A stretch of DNA of 63,752 nt, filler included, from Reclinomonas americana ATCC 50394 (lineage: Eukaryota): the NCBI GenBank assembly GCA_048213135.1. It is 13 parts of 7 records of this genome, joined end to end, with 100 filler letters (N's around TTAATTAATTAA, not from the genome) between each part and the next. Parts side by side here need not be neighbours in the genome. Positions count along the whole stretch, not along the records: positions 38,078 to 42,946 come from PS015804.1; positions 43,047 to 53,172 come from PS015804.1; positions 53,273 to 56,604 come from PS015804.1; 10 more parts are not named here. One strand, 5' to 3'. The notes below the pieces were generated by a model that saw nothing but the letters and a program-made list of their open reading frames with translations, was not told the origin of the DNA and ran no database searches. Of this stretch, positions 42,477 through 53,370 are shown in pieces. Within the stretch, counting starts at the first letter, position 1. Each line of letters starts with the position of its first letter. The translations under genes were made by a program, and so were the position numbers.

Positions 42477-45400
42477 CTACAAAACCATGTCGTCGTCGAG
42501 CGCCATGTGCTCGCTCCTGGCCTCCTCCTGCGCAGACGCCTTGCTCGCATCGGCGGCCGGCGCGAGCTCCCGAGCGAACGAGATACGGCGAACGACATAG
42601 GTCAGGATGTAGGCCGGCTGTGCCAGCACCGATTCTTCGTGAACCAGTTTCACATCGGCATCGTCGCACAAGATCCACTGGCCAGCGTGCCGCACGTACG
42701 CCAAATAGTGTCCGCGCTCCATGCTGCCCTTGTGCACCACCACACCTTGCAAATCGTACAGCAGCGGGCCGGTATACACGCTGCCAGTCAGCGGCTGTGA
42801 CAGCAATGAAAACAGAACGCGATGAGAAGAGGAGAGTACAAGTAGAATCGTCGCTGCTTGTGTCCAACGCACCTTGCCATCGGCATCGTCGCGCACGAGG
42901 AACGGGCTCATGTCGAGGCCATACATCGGAAACTCAATGTGGTCGTNNNNNNNNNNNNNNNNNNNNNNNNNNNNNNNNNNNNNNNNNNNNTTAATTAATT
43001 AANNNNNNNNNNNNNNNNNNNNNNNNNNNNNNNNNNNNNNNNNNNNGGGGGGGAGGTAAACAAGCTGAGGGTGGGGGGGAAGGAGAGGCGACAAACAGTG
43101 AAGTGAATGAGTAAGAGTGCGAGAGAGTTGAAAGAAGGAATACTCCTGAACTGCGAGTGAAGGGAAGAAGAACGAAACGATGTAACTGACTGCACAGTGA
43201 GTCCGAGATGAGTGAACAGAAGTGAGAAGGGAAGGGAAAGGGAGGGGGGAAGGGAACGGTAAACAAGCCGAGGTGAGGGGAAGGAGAGGCGGAGCAATGT
43301 GACAAATAGCAAGTGAGTGAATGAAAGAAATATTCACGAACTGAGAGTGGAGAGAAGAGGAATGAAACAATGTGACTGCACAGTGAGAGCGAAGGAGAGA
43401 AAGAGGGATGAGTGAACAGTAGTGAGAAGAGAAGGGAAAGGGAGGGCGGAAGGAGAGGGTGAACAAGCTGAGGTAGGGGGAAGGAGAGGCGACAAACAGC
43501 GAAGAGAATGAGTGAGAGTTGAAAAAGAATATTCACAAACTGAGAGTGAAGAGAGAGGAACTAAACAACGTGACAGACTGCACAGTGAGAGCGAGAGAGA
43601 AAGAGGGATGAGAGAATAGCAGTGAAAATAAGCTGAGACTGACGGTGACGAGCTGCTGTTGCGGCCCGTCACTCACCTCCGAAATCAATTCATCAATGGC
43701 ACACCCGAGGCAGCCGCCATCAAAGCCCTTGCCGCGTGGACAGCGCTCTCCACGTGGGTGATGATCGCACAGGAAGAAGTTGCGCACAGGCGGGCAGTGC
43801 GCCAGCACTTGCAGGATGGAATTCATGAAGCACGTGTTGCCCATGTTGTACAAGCCGCGCAGACCCAAGTCCGGGCACCTGGACGAGGCACAAGTAGGGT
43901 GAGCGTGCGGCGAAGGTCGCTGGGCAGACATGGAAGGGTTCCCACAAGTCAAGGACGCAACAGTTCACCACCACCCGCCGTCGCGTCGCTTGGCATCGAC
44001 CTGCCCTGCAACATACTGAGCGATCCCAAATCAGTGGCATAAGCTCGTCCTCCCACGCCAATCGTCTCCAACAACCGCTCTAACGAGGCCGGCGCGCTAA
44101 TAACTTTTCTCCTCTTCCGCTCGTGCTCCTCGTCTTCCGCATGCGCACTGCTGTCGGTGTTGGCAGCTGCTGCTGCGGCTGTTGTTGTTGTCGTCGTGGT
44201 TGTGGAGGTAGAGTTGTCGCGGGGTCGCTTCACTCCCGCTTCCCGACTCGTGCGCATCGCCTCCACCGATGCGTGATACTTGTGGTCACCGCACGTGGCA
44301 CAAAAGACTTCGCGGCAAGCCAAGTCGAGAGCTAAGACGAGCACCCTAGCTGTGAGACAACTTGCACAACTGCGCAGCATGCACGTCTCCCCCCGTACAC
44401 ACCTAATGAGTGATCCTGTGCATGCGCGTGTTCGACACAGTGGGCACGGCATGCTACGAAAGCGCATGAGAGGCAAGCGAACAGACGCGGAGGGATGCTG
44501 TGGTGGTACAAGGAGTGTAAAACGGCACGATTAGACAACAAGACAATGAATGCCTTGCAAAGCTCTCTCCGAAGATGGCATGCCTCTCCCTCTCCCTCTC
44601 TCCCTCTCTCTCGCTAACACTCTGCTTTGTAACACTTCAAGTTTNNNNNNNNNNNNNNNNNNNNNNNNNNNNNNNNNNNNNNNNNNNNNNNNNNNNNNNN
44701 NNNNNNNNNNNNNNNNNNNNNNNNNNNNNNNNNNNNNNNNNNNNNNNNNNNNNNNNNNNNNNNNNNNNNNNNNNNNNNNNNNNNNNNNNNNNNNNNNNNN
44801 NNNNNNNNNNNNNNNNNNNNNNNNNNNNNNNNNNNNNNNNNNNNNNNNNNNNNNNNNNNNNNNNNNNNNNNNNNNNNNNNNNNNNNNNNNNNNNNNNNNN
44901 NNNNNNNNNNNNNNNNNNNNNNNNNNNNNNNNNNNNNNNNNNNNNNNNNNNNNNNNNNNNNNNNNNNNNNNNNNNNNNNNNNNNNNNNNNNNNNNNNNNN
45001 NNNNNNNNNNNNNNNNNNNNNNNNNNNNNNNNNNNNNNNNNNNNNNNNNNNNNNNNNNNNNNNNNNNNNNNNNNNNNNNNNNNNNNNNNNNNNNNNNNNN
45101 NNNNNNNNNNNNNNNNNNNNNNNNNNNNNNNNNNNNNNNNNNNNNNNNNNNNNNNNNNNNNNNNNNNNNNNNNNNNNNNNNNNNNNNNNNNNNNNNNNNN
45201 NNNNNNNNNNNNNNNNNNNNNNNNNNNNNNNNNNNNNNNNNNNNNNNNNNNNNNNNNNNNNNNNNNNNNNNNNNNNNNNNNNNNNNNNNNNNNNNNNNNN
45301 NNNNNNNNNNNNNNNNNNNNNNNNNNNNNNNNNNNNNNNNNNNNNNNNNNNNNNNNNNNNNNNNNNNNNNNNNNNNNNNNNNNNNNNNNNNNNNNNNNNN

Positions 45401-46193
45401 NNNNNNNNNNNNNNNNNNNNNNNNNNNNNNNNNNNNNNNNNNNNNNNNNNNNNNNNNNNNNNNNNNNNNNNNNNNNNNNNNNNNNNNNNNNNNNNNNNNN
45501 NNNNNNNNNNNNNNNNNNNNNNNNNNNNNNNNNNNNNNNNNNNNNNNNNNNNNNNNNNNNNNNNNNNNNNNNNNNNNNNNNNNNNNNNNNNNNNNNNNNN
45601 NNNNNNNGCAGTTGACACTGTAGACCGATCATCAGGGCGCCAGCCAACTCATCACGCCCAGCAGTCCCCACTCTTCTCACACACACTCCCAACAGTCAAC
45701 AACAACAATGACAACACCCCGGTCTCTCTCTCTCTCTCACTCTCTCTCCCCCCCCCCTCCTCTCTCTTTCCCACCCTCTCTATCTCCCACGCAACAATCC
45801 ACTTGCGGCCACCCCCGCACTTCCCGCCACCGCCGCCTCCGCACACGCAAAGCAATGCAACCGCCTTCCCGCGCTCGTCGCACCTCCCGCCCCACTCGCA
45901 TGCAACAGAAACCCACTCGCACTCCCTCTTCTCCCTCTGACTCCCACTGCCGCCGATCTCCCCGACAGAACCGGCGTCCACGGAGCCGAGGTCAGCGCAG
46001 AGGTGAGTGCAGAGGAGGCATCGAGTCGCGAGTCCAACAGACAGTGGAGCAAGTGCACCGTGGCGCGTTGTTGTTCTTCTCTCTCTTCCCCGTCCTCGTG
46101 CTTTTCGTGTGGTGGGGATGCTGCGTCGGCGACTCGTTCGGGTGTGGTGTCGTGGTCGGGGGAGCAGAGGGCGTCGAGGTGGGCGCACGACAT
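42477..46193 (-). CDS. USP22: Ubiquitin-specific protease of the USP22/Ubp8 type (ZnF-UBP plus USP catalytic domain)
   Basis: MSCAHL..CFAC..RLFACLSCAFVAC..H..HSLALDL..VFCATCGDHKY (ZnF-UBP). Cys box GLRGLYNMGNTCFMNSILQ. His box YDLQGVVVHKGSMERGHYLAYVR..WILCDD..AYILTY. Middle of the catalytic domain falls in an N-gap. Confidence 0.85.
43060..43640. repeat. Degenerate ~190-bp tandem repeat in a USP intron
   Basis: aacaagctgagg..ggggaaggagaggcgacaaacag and gactgcacagtgag recur three times. Confidence 0.7.
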
Positions 46194-46381
46194 GATGTGA
46201 ATGGCAAATGAAGGACAGCACAGGACGAGTGGTGGCAACTTCTCTGCGTCGACGGCTTGTTGAGACAGGGTGCTCTGGTACTGAGAAAGCACCCACAGCT
46301 CCACCCCAACGTCAACAGAGAAGAGAAAAACCAACAGCCCATTCACTTCAATCGCCATCGACCGTACCTCCTCATAATCAA

Positions 46382-47251
46382 TCACACCAAGCTCCTCAAC
46401 GCCGACACCCACGCCGCCTTATCCTTTGGTGTGTGACACTCGATCCAGTACTCTCGCCCCGTCGTCGAATCCGTAATCACCATCAGCAACGGGCGATCCT
46501 CCACCGGGTCCGGCTGCACCGCGCGCCCGCCCGCCACATTGATCACACCCTTGGGGCGGATCGCGGGCGACTCGGCCTCCTCGCGGCACTTGAAGTACGA
46601 CACACTCTTGGCGTCGCGATCGAGCACAAACCAACGTGTCTTCCAGTTGCGTACAATGTTGCCGCGCTTGGTCATTGCCGTGCTCAGGTACCGAGGCAGA
46701 GAGACAGGCTCTGCTGCTGCTGTTGCAGAGGAGCGTGGAGAGACGACAGCAGAGGCGCGAGGAGACACAGAAGCGGTCTCGATTGGTGGTTGTGGTGGAG
46801 GAGGAGGTGGCGGAGGAATGATCAGATCGGGCAGGCGTTGAAGGTGATTGATGGGTGCGAGGCCGCGTTGGCCTTGCGAGTTCTCGACGAGCCACCAGCC
46901 TGGTTTATCGGTGAGTGAGTGAGTGAGTGAGTGAGTGAGTGAGTGAGGTGTGTGTGTGTGCGCACCTGAAGCTTCATCTGCGATGGAAACGATGCGCAGT
47001 CGCTCGTTCTGCTCGAAAGCGAGTTCGCGTGTGGAGTCGGTGGTTACGGAGCGCGTGTAGAGTGCCACGGCGACGCCTGCGATCGATGCGTGTGAGAGTG
47101 AGTGAGTGAGTGAGTGGAATGGGATGTGATGAGAGGCGAGAGAGTGACTGACCGTGCGGGTCGGCTGGTGCCTGTGTGCGAGAAGTGAGTGAGCGTGTGT
47201 GATAGAGAGAGGGGGGGGGGCGATGAACGCAACTCTCTCGGCGAGTGACAT
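46382..47251 (-). CDS. SH3 + proline-rich linker + PH domain adaptor protein; 4 exons
   Basis: AVALY..RELAFEQNERLRIV..GWWLVENSQGQRGLAPINHLQ (SH3). MTKRGNIVRNWKTRWFVL..PKGVINV..REYWIECHTPKDKAAWVSAL (PH). Confidence 0.9.
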   Translation of the reverse strand: MSLAERVAFIAPPPLSITHAHSLLAHRHQPTRTVSHSLASHHIPFHSLTHSLSHASIAGVAVALYTRSVTTDSTRELAFEQNERLRIVSIADEASGAHTHTPHSLTHSLTHSLTDKPGWWLVENSQGQRGLAPINHLQRLPDLIIPPPPPPPPQPPIETASVSPRASAVVSPRSSATAAAEPVSLPRYLSTAMTKRGNIVRNWKTRWFVLDRDAKSVSYFKCREEAESPAIRPKGVINVAGGRAVQPDPVEDRPLLMVITDSTTGREYWIECHTPKDKAAWVSALRSLV

Positions 47252-47619
47252 GAATGAGTGCGAATGCAATGTCCTCTTGTTCAATATATTGTGTGGTATC
47301 GACGTTCGCACGCCACGAACGACTTTATGTGCCTGCCTCACGCAAGTAGTACTGTGGAGGTCGGGCTTCAGAAACGGCGTCTTTTTGTTGAGACTCGGAA
47401 CACTGATTCGAGTCAAAACGATCGACGTCGAAGCAGTCTCTCGCTGCGTGTGTCGTGCTGCCCCTGGCTCTCAGCAACGCACCTATCTCACGTGCCCCGC
47501 GGCACGAAGAAGTCACACACAATCCCCTCCCCACAATCATAATGGCCATCGCCTTGTACAGATAAACTCCACCTCGCCACAGCCTAGCGTCATCTTCCCA
47601 CGCTCACTGTATCGTCGCA

Positions 47620-50600
47620 TCACGACTCCTCCACGTGCGACTGCGACCGCTTGCATCCTTTGGCGTTGATGTCGGTCGAACCGCAGCACTCCCACGTAAA
47701 TGTCTGCGTGACGGTCGTGAGCAACACACCGCTCCCTCCTCCAGCTCGTATATGCGACAGACCGCCTGCACGCAGAAGTAAGTCTGGCGCGAACGACACA
47801 TGCAGTCGACAATAACACACGCAACTTTTCCGCGTGCCAACTGTCCTCAGCGGCGAAGAGTAAGCACACACGGAACAAACACCAGAAAGCATTAGGAAGC
47901 GGCGACTGACCTCTTGTTCCAACTGCACAGGGAGGGAGATAAAACGGTGAGCAATCACGAAGCACCAAGAGCGATGAACGGAACACGCGACTCACAAACT
48001 GTGCACCAGAAACCGCACCACCGCCAATGAAGAAAGCAGTGAGGAAGGAAGGCGCGCGTAGACAGTAGCACATCGCAAACTGCCAAAAACTCACCGCCTG
48101 TGAACACACTTTGTGAGTGAGAATCGAATACAGACACCAACAGCACGAGTTCCATGCAGACGAACCCGCTGTTCCATGGACAGTCGCACAAGCGATTCGA
48201 TCACAAGGTGAGCTCTGTTTGCACGGACACGGCGCATGGGGGAGATGCAGCGTACAAACCATCTGCCACACCAAATGAGTACAGATGGGTGTTGAAGGAC
48301 GAGAGGGAGTGACACGCACCACAGAAAACTGTTGTCGCCGTGCCACCAGAGGGCAAGAAAGTTAGCAATCGAGACAGAGCTACGAACGCATGTTACAAGG
48401 CCTTCGACGCACCGCCTGTACACACGATTAGAGGTGCGACGTGACGCAGCAAGAGCACACGATAATAAGAGTCACGCAACAGTCTGGAGGTAGATGGTGG
48501 GCAAGTGGAGGAATGGCACACAAAGTAAGCACCAACAGCACAAGCGTTCACAGCTACATGCACGCAACAGTCTGTGTGAACAAGCAGAAGTGAGGGTACA
48601 GTAAGAGAGGAGGAGTTCATGCGCACTTTGCACTTACCCCCTGTTCCGATTCGTCACGCGATGCACAAATAGAAAGCAATTTTGTGAGACAACGATGAGA
48701 CGCAATGAATCGTTACCAACGCACTCCCTGCGGTGAGCGCGAGAAGCACACGTCAGAGGCACATCAGCCGACATGTGCATGTACATGCAAGACGCGCCTT
48801 CTGCGTGAGGCAATAGAATCATCAGAAACACGAGCATGCAAACCATTTCACACCCACGTAAGAAACGCAACAGTATCATCCTCCGTGGACTGCCGCCGTG
48901 AGCGAAAACAACAAGACGGTCAACAATTCGTATGAGCTGTAACGCAAGCCAGCATCAACTCACCCACTGTCGTCCGCGGATTGCACACAGTCACAAAAAA
49001 ACTCGTGAGACACACAGTGCCTTTGCGGGGACACACGCCGACTCCCAAGACTCACCACCTGCACGACTCACGAGCAATGAGATCGAGCAAGCGCAAGCTG
49101 CTGGAAACAGCCAAACAAACTCACCCACTGAGTGCCGACAAGTGCAGATTGTGCATGACAAATGGAGTGAGTTGGTGAGAGAGACACAGATTGCAACCTT
49201 CATCGACAACGCACCGTCTGCGTCCGACAGAAGAAATCGATAAACAGCAGACTGTGAGTGACCAGCAAGTCAATGTATCCACGCTGGAATCACGTTACTC
49301 ACCGCCTGTCAACAAGTATATTCACACGATAAGAAACAAGAAAACTCTGAGTCACGCAAACACACGGAGGCAACGTCGACGGACTTACCGCCTGTATGCA
49401 TTCCGAGATGCGACACACACGTGGGTGAGTGAGATGAAGCAATGAATGTGACAATAAGCACTCTAACGCACCCACTACGCGGGAGTAATCAATAGCACGT
49501 GCGCAATAGAAATGAGCCATGGCATTGCATAATGAGAGAGACGACAACGCACCCCCTGCAATGCAGCGAAGGAAATAAGAGCATGTTGGCAACCCAAACA
49601 CGAACAAGAGACTCACCGCAAACGCCTACATGGGTGGCACGCGAGAGCGATGAGAAGGTGTAAGAGAGAGGACGCAAGCAGGTGCTGATGTGAAGCGGAT
49701 GAATCTCACCGACTGCGGATTCAGGAGGGGAAGAGAGAAGCAAAACATGAGGACTTTCAAGATTGACGCCACGGATACTGAACGACGCCACTTACCGTCT
49801 GCACATGATTCCACAGCGCACGCATCGCAACACATGAGTATGGACACGGTTGTGACAACAGAGCTGCTGAACAAAACTCACCAACTGCGCAACGTAATGA
49901 AACAAATGAGAGACGAATGGGAGAGACAACAGGCAAGCAACAATCAGTAAACGCACCCGCTGATACGACAAGCAGACAGGCGAGCAATAAATATGAGCAA
50001 ATGGAGAAATGCAAATCATACGCAGGTCACTCGCAACACTCACCCCCTGCAGTCGAGACGCAAGGCCAGCGCACGCAGAAGGATGAACATGTGAGTCTGT
50101 ATGCAAAGCTAATCGTACTCCGAGAAACACTCACGTCCTGCAATTCAACTGTGAGCATGATGAAGGACTGCATGTGGGTGCAAGGCATTGATTGACACTC
50201 ACCGACTGCGAGAGGTCAGACAAGCAGGCACAACAACGACAATCGAGCAAAGTGTCAGCGTCGCAAGCGGATGGAACGAACGACATGCCCACTCACCAGC
50301 TGCACGCAGCCAGGCAGTGATTGTCGCACAGTGAACAAAAGTGAGTTCCCCAAAGCAGCCCATGCATGAGAGACATTGACAGACCTCCTGCAGACATCAA
50401 AGTGTATCAGGGTGATGCACACTATAATGGCCAAACAAACAGGCACACTCACCCCGTATTCCTGTTGGTTGGCGCCACGGCAAGGAAAAGAACAATGTGA
50501 GCGTAACTACGAGACGAAAGCCAGTCAGCAAGAAATGTCGCCACACACCCACTGCACAGAGAGAGCAAGGCACCATTTCCACATGAGAAACGATGGCTCA

Positions 50601-52300
50601 AAAGCAATGACACACCCACCCCGTCTTACCTCGGTATGATGCATGCATGGTTGCTTCTCCGCGTACAACTCGCCGCATCTCGCACACGTCGGCGGCGGCG
50701 GCTACACAAATAATACTAAGCACATGATACACAACGTTGGTGTTCCCAGCGATTGATGCCGCAACTGGTGCTGCCGTTGGCGTGGCCGTCACCGGTGCCG
50801 CCGCCGCAGGTGGTACGGCGGTCACTGTGCCTGCCGAGGCCAGTCCACCGACAATGGACGCCGCCACAGCGTGTGACGCCAGCGCGCCCTGTGTGTACAT
50901 GGAGGGAGAGAGATTGACGAGAGGGTAAAGAGGGATTGTGATGGAAATCGACAAACCTCAATGGCACGCTGTCCTCGCGCTACTGGAGCACCGCTGCCGA
51001 CACTCAGAGCGGCAATCTGGGTGGAGAAGTGGTCAGGTCCAAGAGAACTGCAGAAAAGGAAGGTGCCTGACTGCAGCGTACCGCTTTCTCACGAAGTTGT
51101 CGCTCATCTTGCAGCGCCTTCTCAAACTGCGCACGGAGGTGTCAGAAGCATACACACAAGATGTGAAGCAAGACATGTCATTCACCTCGCGCCGGAAACG
51201 ATTCATGCGATCCGACAGCTCCATAAACCGCTCCTCCAGCACCCGCCGCTCGGCCTCGTTCTCGTCGGCTCGTCGCATGGCCTGGAGTGGACATCGACAA
51301 TGAATGGACGCATTACACACAAAAATCGGTGCCGACTGTCACACGCTCGCACCTGATTCAATATCTGTACCATCAACAAGAAAAGAGTCAACAGAAAAAT
51401 CAAGGACGAGGTATGTGCGCCAGCAACGCAACGTAGCGAAACGCCGGCTCCGCGTGCACCACATGGCACTCTTGTTCGTGCGCCGGCTTGTCCGCACCAA
51501 GTCCCTCCCACTCGCAGCCAATGTCCCACGCGCGGCACTTTTGCGGTAACCGCGGACACGTCACATCTGCAGCACATGATGAGCTCAACGAGAGCACACC
51601 CCTGATAAGAATGAAACATACCGACGTGCCGCTGAATCTCGCCGCGTGCAAGCAAGGCCCCACAGCCGCGAGAACAGGGGACATCACGGCATTGCGCCTC
51701 GCGGTGTGCGGTCACGAAGCGGAGGGTGCCGGTGGCGCCACAACCCTGCGGGCACACATACATGCACTCGTCCCAGGCGTGGCGATTGTGAAAGTCGCGA
51801 ATGCACTGGACACAAAGGGGCAGGATGTGAGCGATGACGACACGAGCTGCTATCCCTCAACCAAACGTACCAAGCGTTTCTTGCAGCGCCGGCATTCAAT
51901 CTGCCAAATACACAAACATCAGTCTCGTCGTGCCTCCGCGGAAGAGCACACAACCAACCTCGAGATTCTCGTAGTTGCGCGCATTGAAAGCCGCCGGCAT
52001 CTGCACCGAACTGATCGAGGTCAGACTGCCGTCGCCGCACCAGTTGCGCCCCTCCTCCGTCAAATGCGAACTGCAACGAAACACATGAGCGAGGGCCAGA
52101 AGCCAGCACCGTGAAGCCAGAAAAACGAACCGACAGAGAACGTGCTCTCCCGCGGCACAAAAGCACCACTCACGGGAGCACAAGTCCTGCGTGGTGAGGA
52201 TTAGAAACGCATATCAGACCTGCTTCTGTACGTCCGCCAGCCGCTGTCTGCAGATATCGATCTCCGTGTATCTCTTTCATTCTCTCTCTCTCTCCCTTCT

Positions 52301-52352
<52 letters not shown>

Positions 52353-52650
52353 CCACCCCCACTCACCCTGCACACGCAGCACTCATAACGACGCGCCACT
52401 GGTCGCTCCTCTGCAATCACATCGTCGATCTCCACGAGTGGCGGCTCGAGACGATCGCTCGCTGGTGGAAGTGGTGGTGGAGGTGGTGGTGCCTGCGATT
52501 GCCCCACAGCACCACCAGCAGGTGCTCCTGTGCGAGACAGAGAAGAAGGAGAGAGAGGGTGAGGAGAGAGATCGCGTTCCATCGCAAAACAGGTTGTGCT
52601 CATCACTGCTTTCACTGCTTTCTTCGTGACACTCATCACTGCTGCGCTCA

Positions 52651-52692
<42 letters not shown>

Positions 52693-52814
52693 GCCCTTCG
52701 TCACTGCCTACATCACAGCACTCGCTCTCTCCCATTGCTCTCACTCATCGATCACTCTCACACACCTGGCGTCATCATACTCATCGCCGCCGCCTCATAG
52801 TCCTCAAACCCCAT
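47620..52814 (-). CDS. TRAF-like protein (RING-like finger, TRAF-type zinc fingers, coiled coil) with a C-terminal Cys/His domain built from a micro-exon array; predicted 49 exons, 458 aa if all are included
   Basis: Conventional exons 52766-52814, 52367-52527, 52131-52186, 51959-52070, 51871-51900, 51622-51805, 51433-51566, 51353-51364, 51186-51281, 51082-51126, 50957-51016, 50766-50888 and 50630-50701, then 35 micro-exons, then 47620-47703, all join in one open frame. Motifs: YECCVCRDL..C..GEHVLCRSH, CPQGCG..H..C..VPCSRGCG..IQRHV..C..CRAWDIGCEWEG..HEQEC, and a coiled coil. Start codon is the best candidate, not proven. Confidence 0.82.
47763..50551 (-). other. Array of 35 consecutive phase-0 micro-exons (29 x 3 nt, 3 x 9 nt, 1 x 12, 1 x 15, 1 x 18 nt)
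   Basis: Minus-strand YAG|NNN|GT(G/A)(A/C)GT-type units (plus strand actcac-NNN-ctg, acgcac-NNN-ctg, acttac-NNN-ctg) recur about every 60-100 nt without a break. Confidence 0.9.
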
Positions 52815-53272
52815 GTGCCCTATCTCTGACAAAAACGCAAAGGAAACACTGTTGACAAATGCATTGTGTCCCGTCGTCCACTGATCGCATTCTCATTGTA
52901 AAGAGCCGACTCAGAGCAAATGGACTCCTCAAACCTTGTGCAAGTGCGTCAGTGAGAGAGAGAGAGACTGATAACAACACTGATATCTCATCATGCATCG
53001 CTCTTCTTCTTCCTTCTTCTTCTTCTTCTCCTTCTTCTTTCTCTCCTTCTTCTTCTTCTTCTTCTTTCTCTCCTTCTTCTTTCTCTCGTTCTCCTTCTCC
53101 TTCTTCTTCTTCTTCTTCTTCTTCTTCTTCTTCTTTCTCTCGTTCTTCTTCTTCTTCTTCTTCTTCTTCTTCNNNNNNNNNNNNNNNNNNNNNNNNNNNN
53201 NNNNNNNNNNNNNNNNTTAATTAATTAANNNNNNNNNNNNNNNNNNNNNNNNNNNNNNNNNNNNNNNNNNNN

Positions 53273-53327
<55 letters not shown>

Positions 53328-53370
53328 TCTTCTTCTTCTCCTCCTCTCTCTCTCTCTCTCTGTGTGACAG

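Noticed and set aside
32322..45692. Long ORFs containing X runs
   Set aside because: Artefacts of translating across N-gaps.
47763..50551. CRISPR-like or satellite reading of the ~80-nt periodic actcac-NNN-ctg pattern
   Set aside because: The recurring element is only the splice donor and acceptor consensus around a variable codon. There is no 25-45 bp repeat, no cas gene, and the context is eukaryotic.
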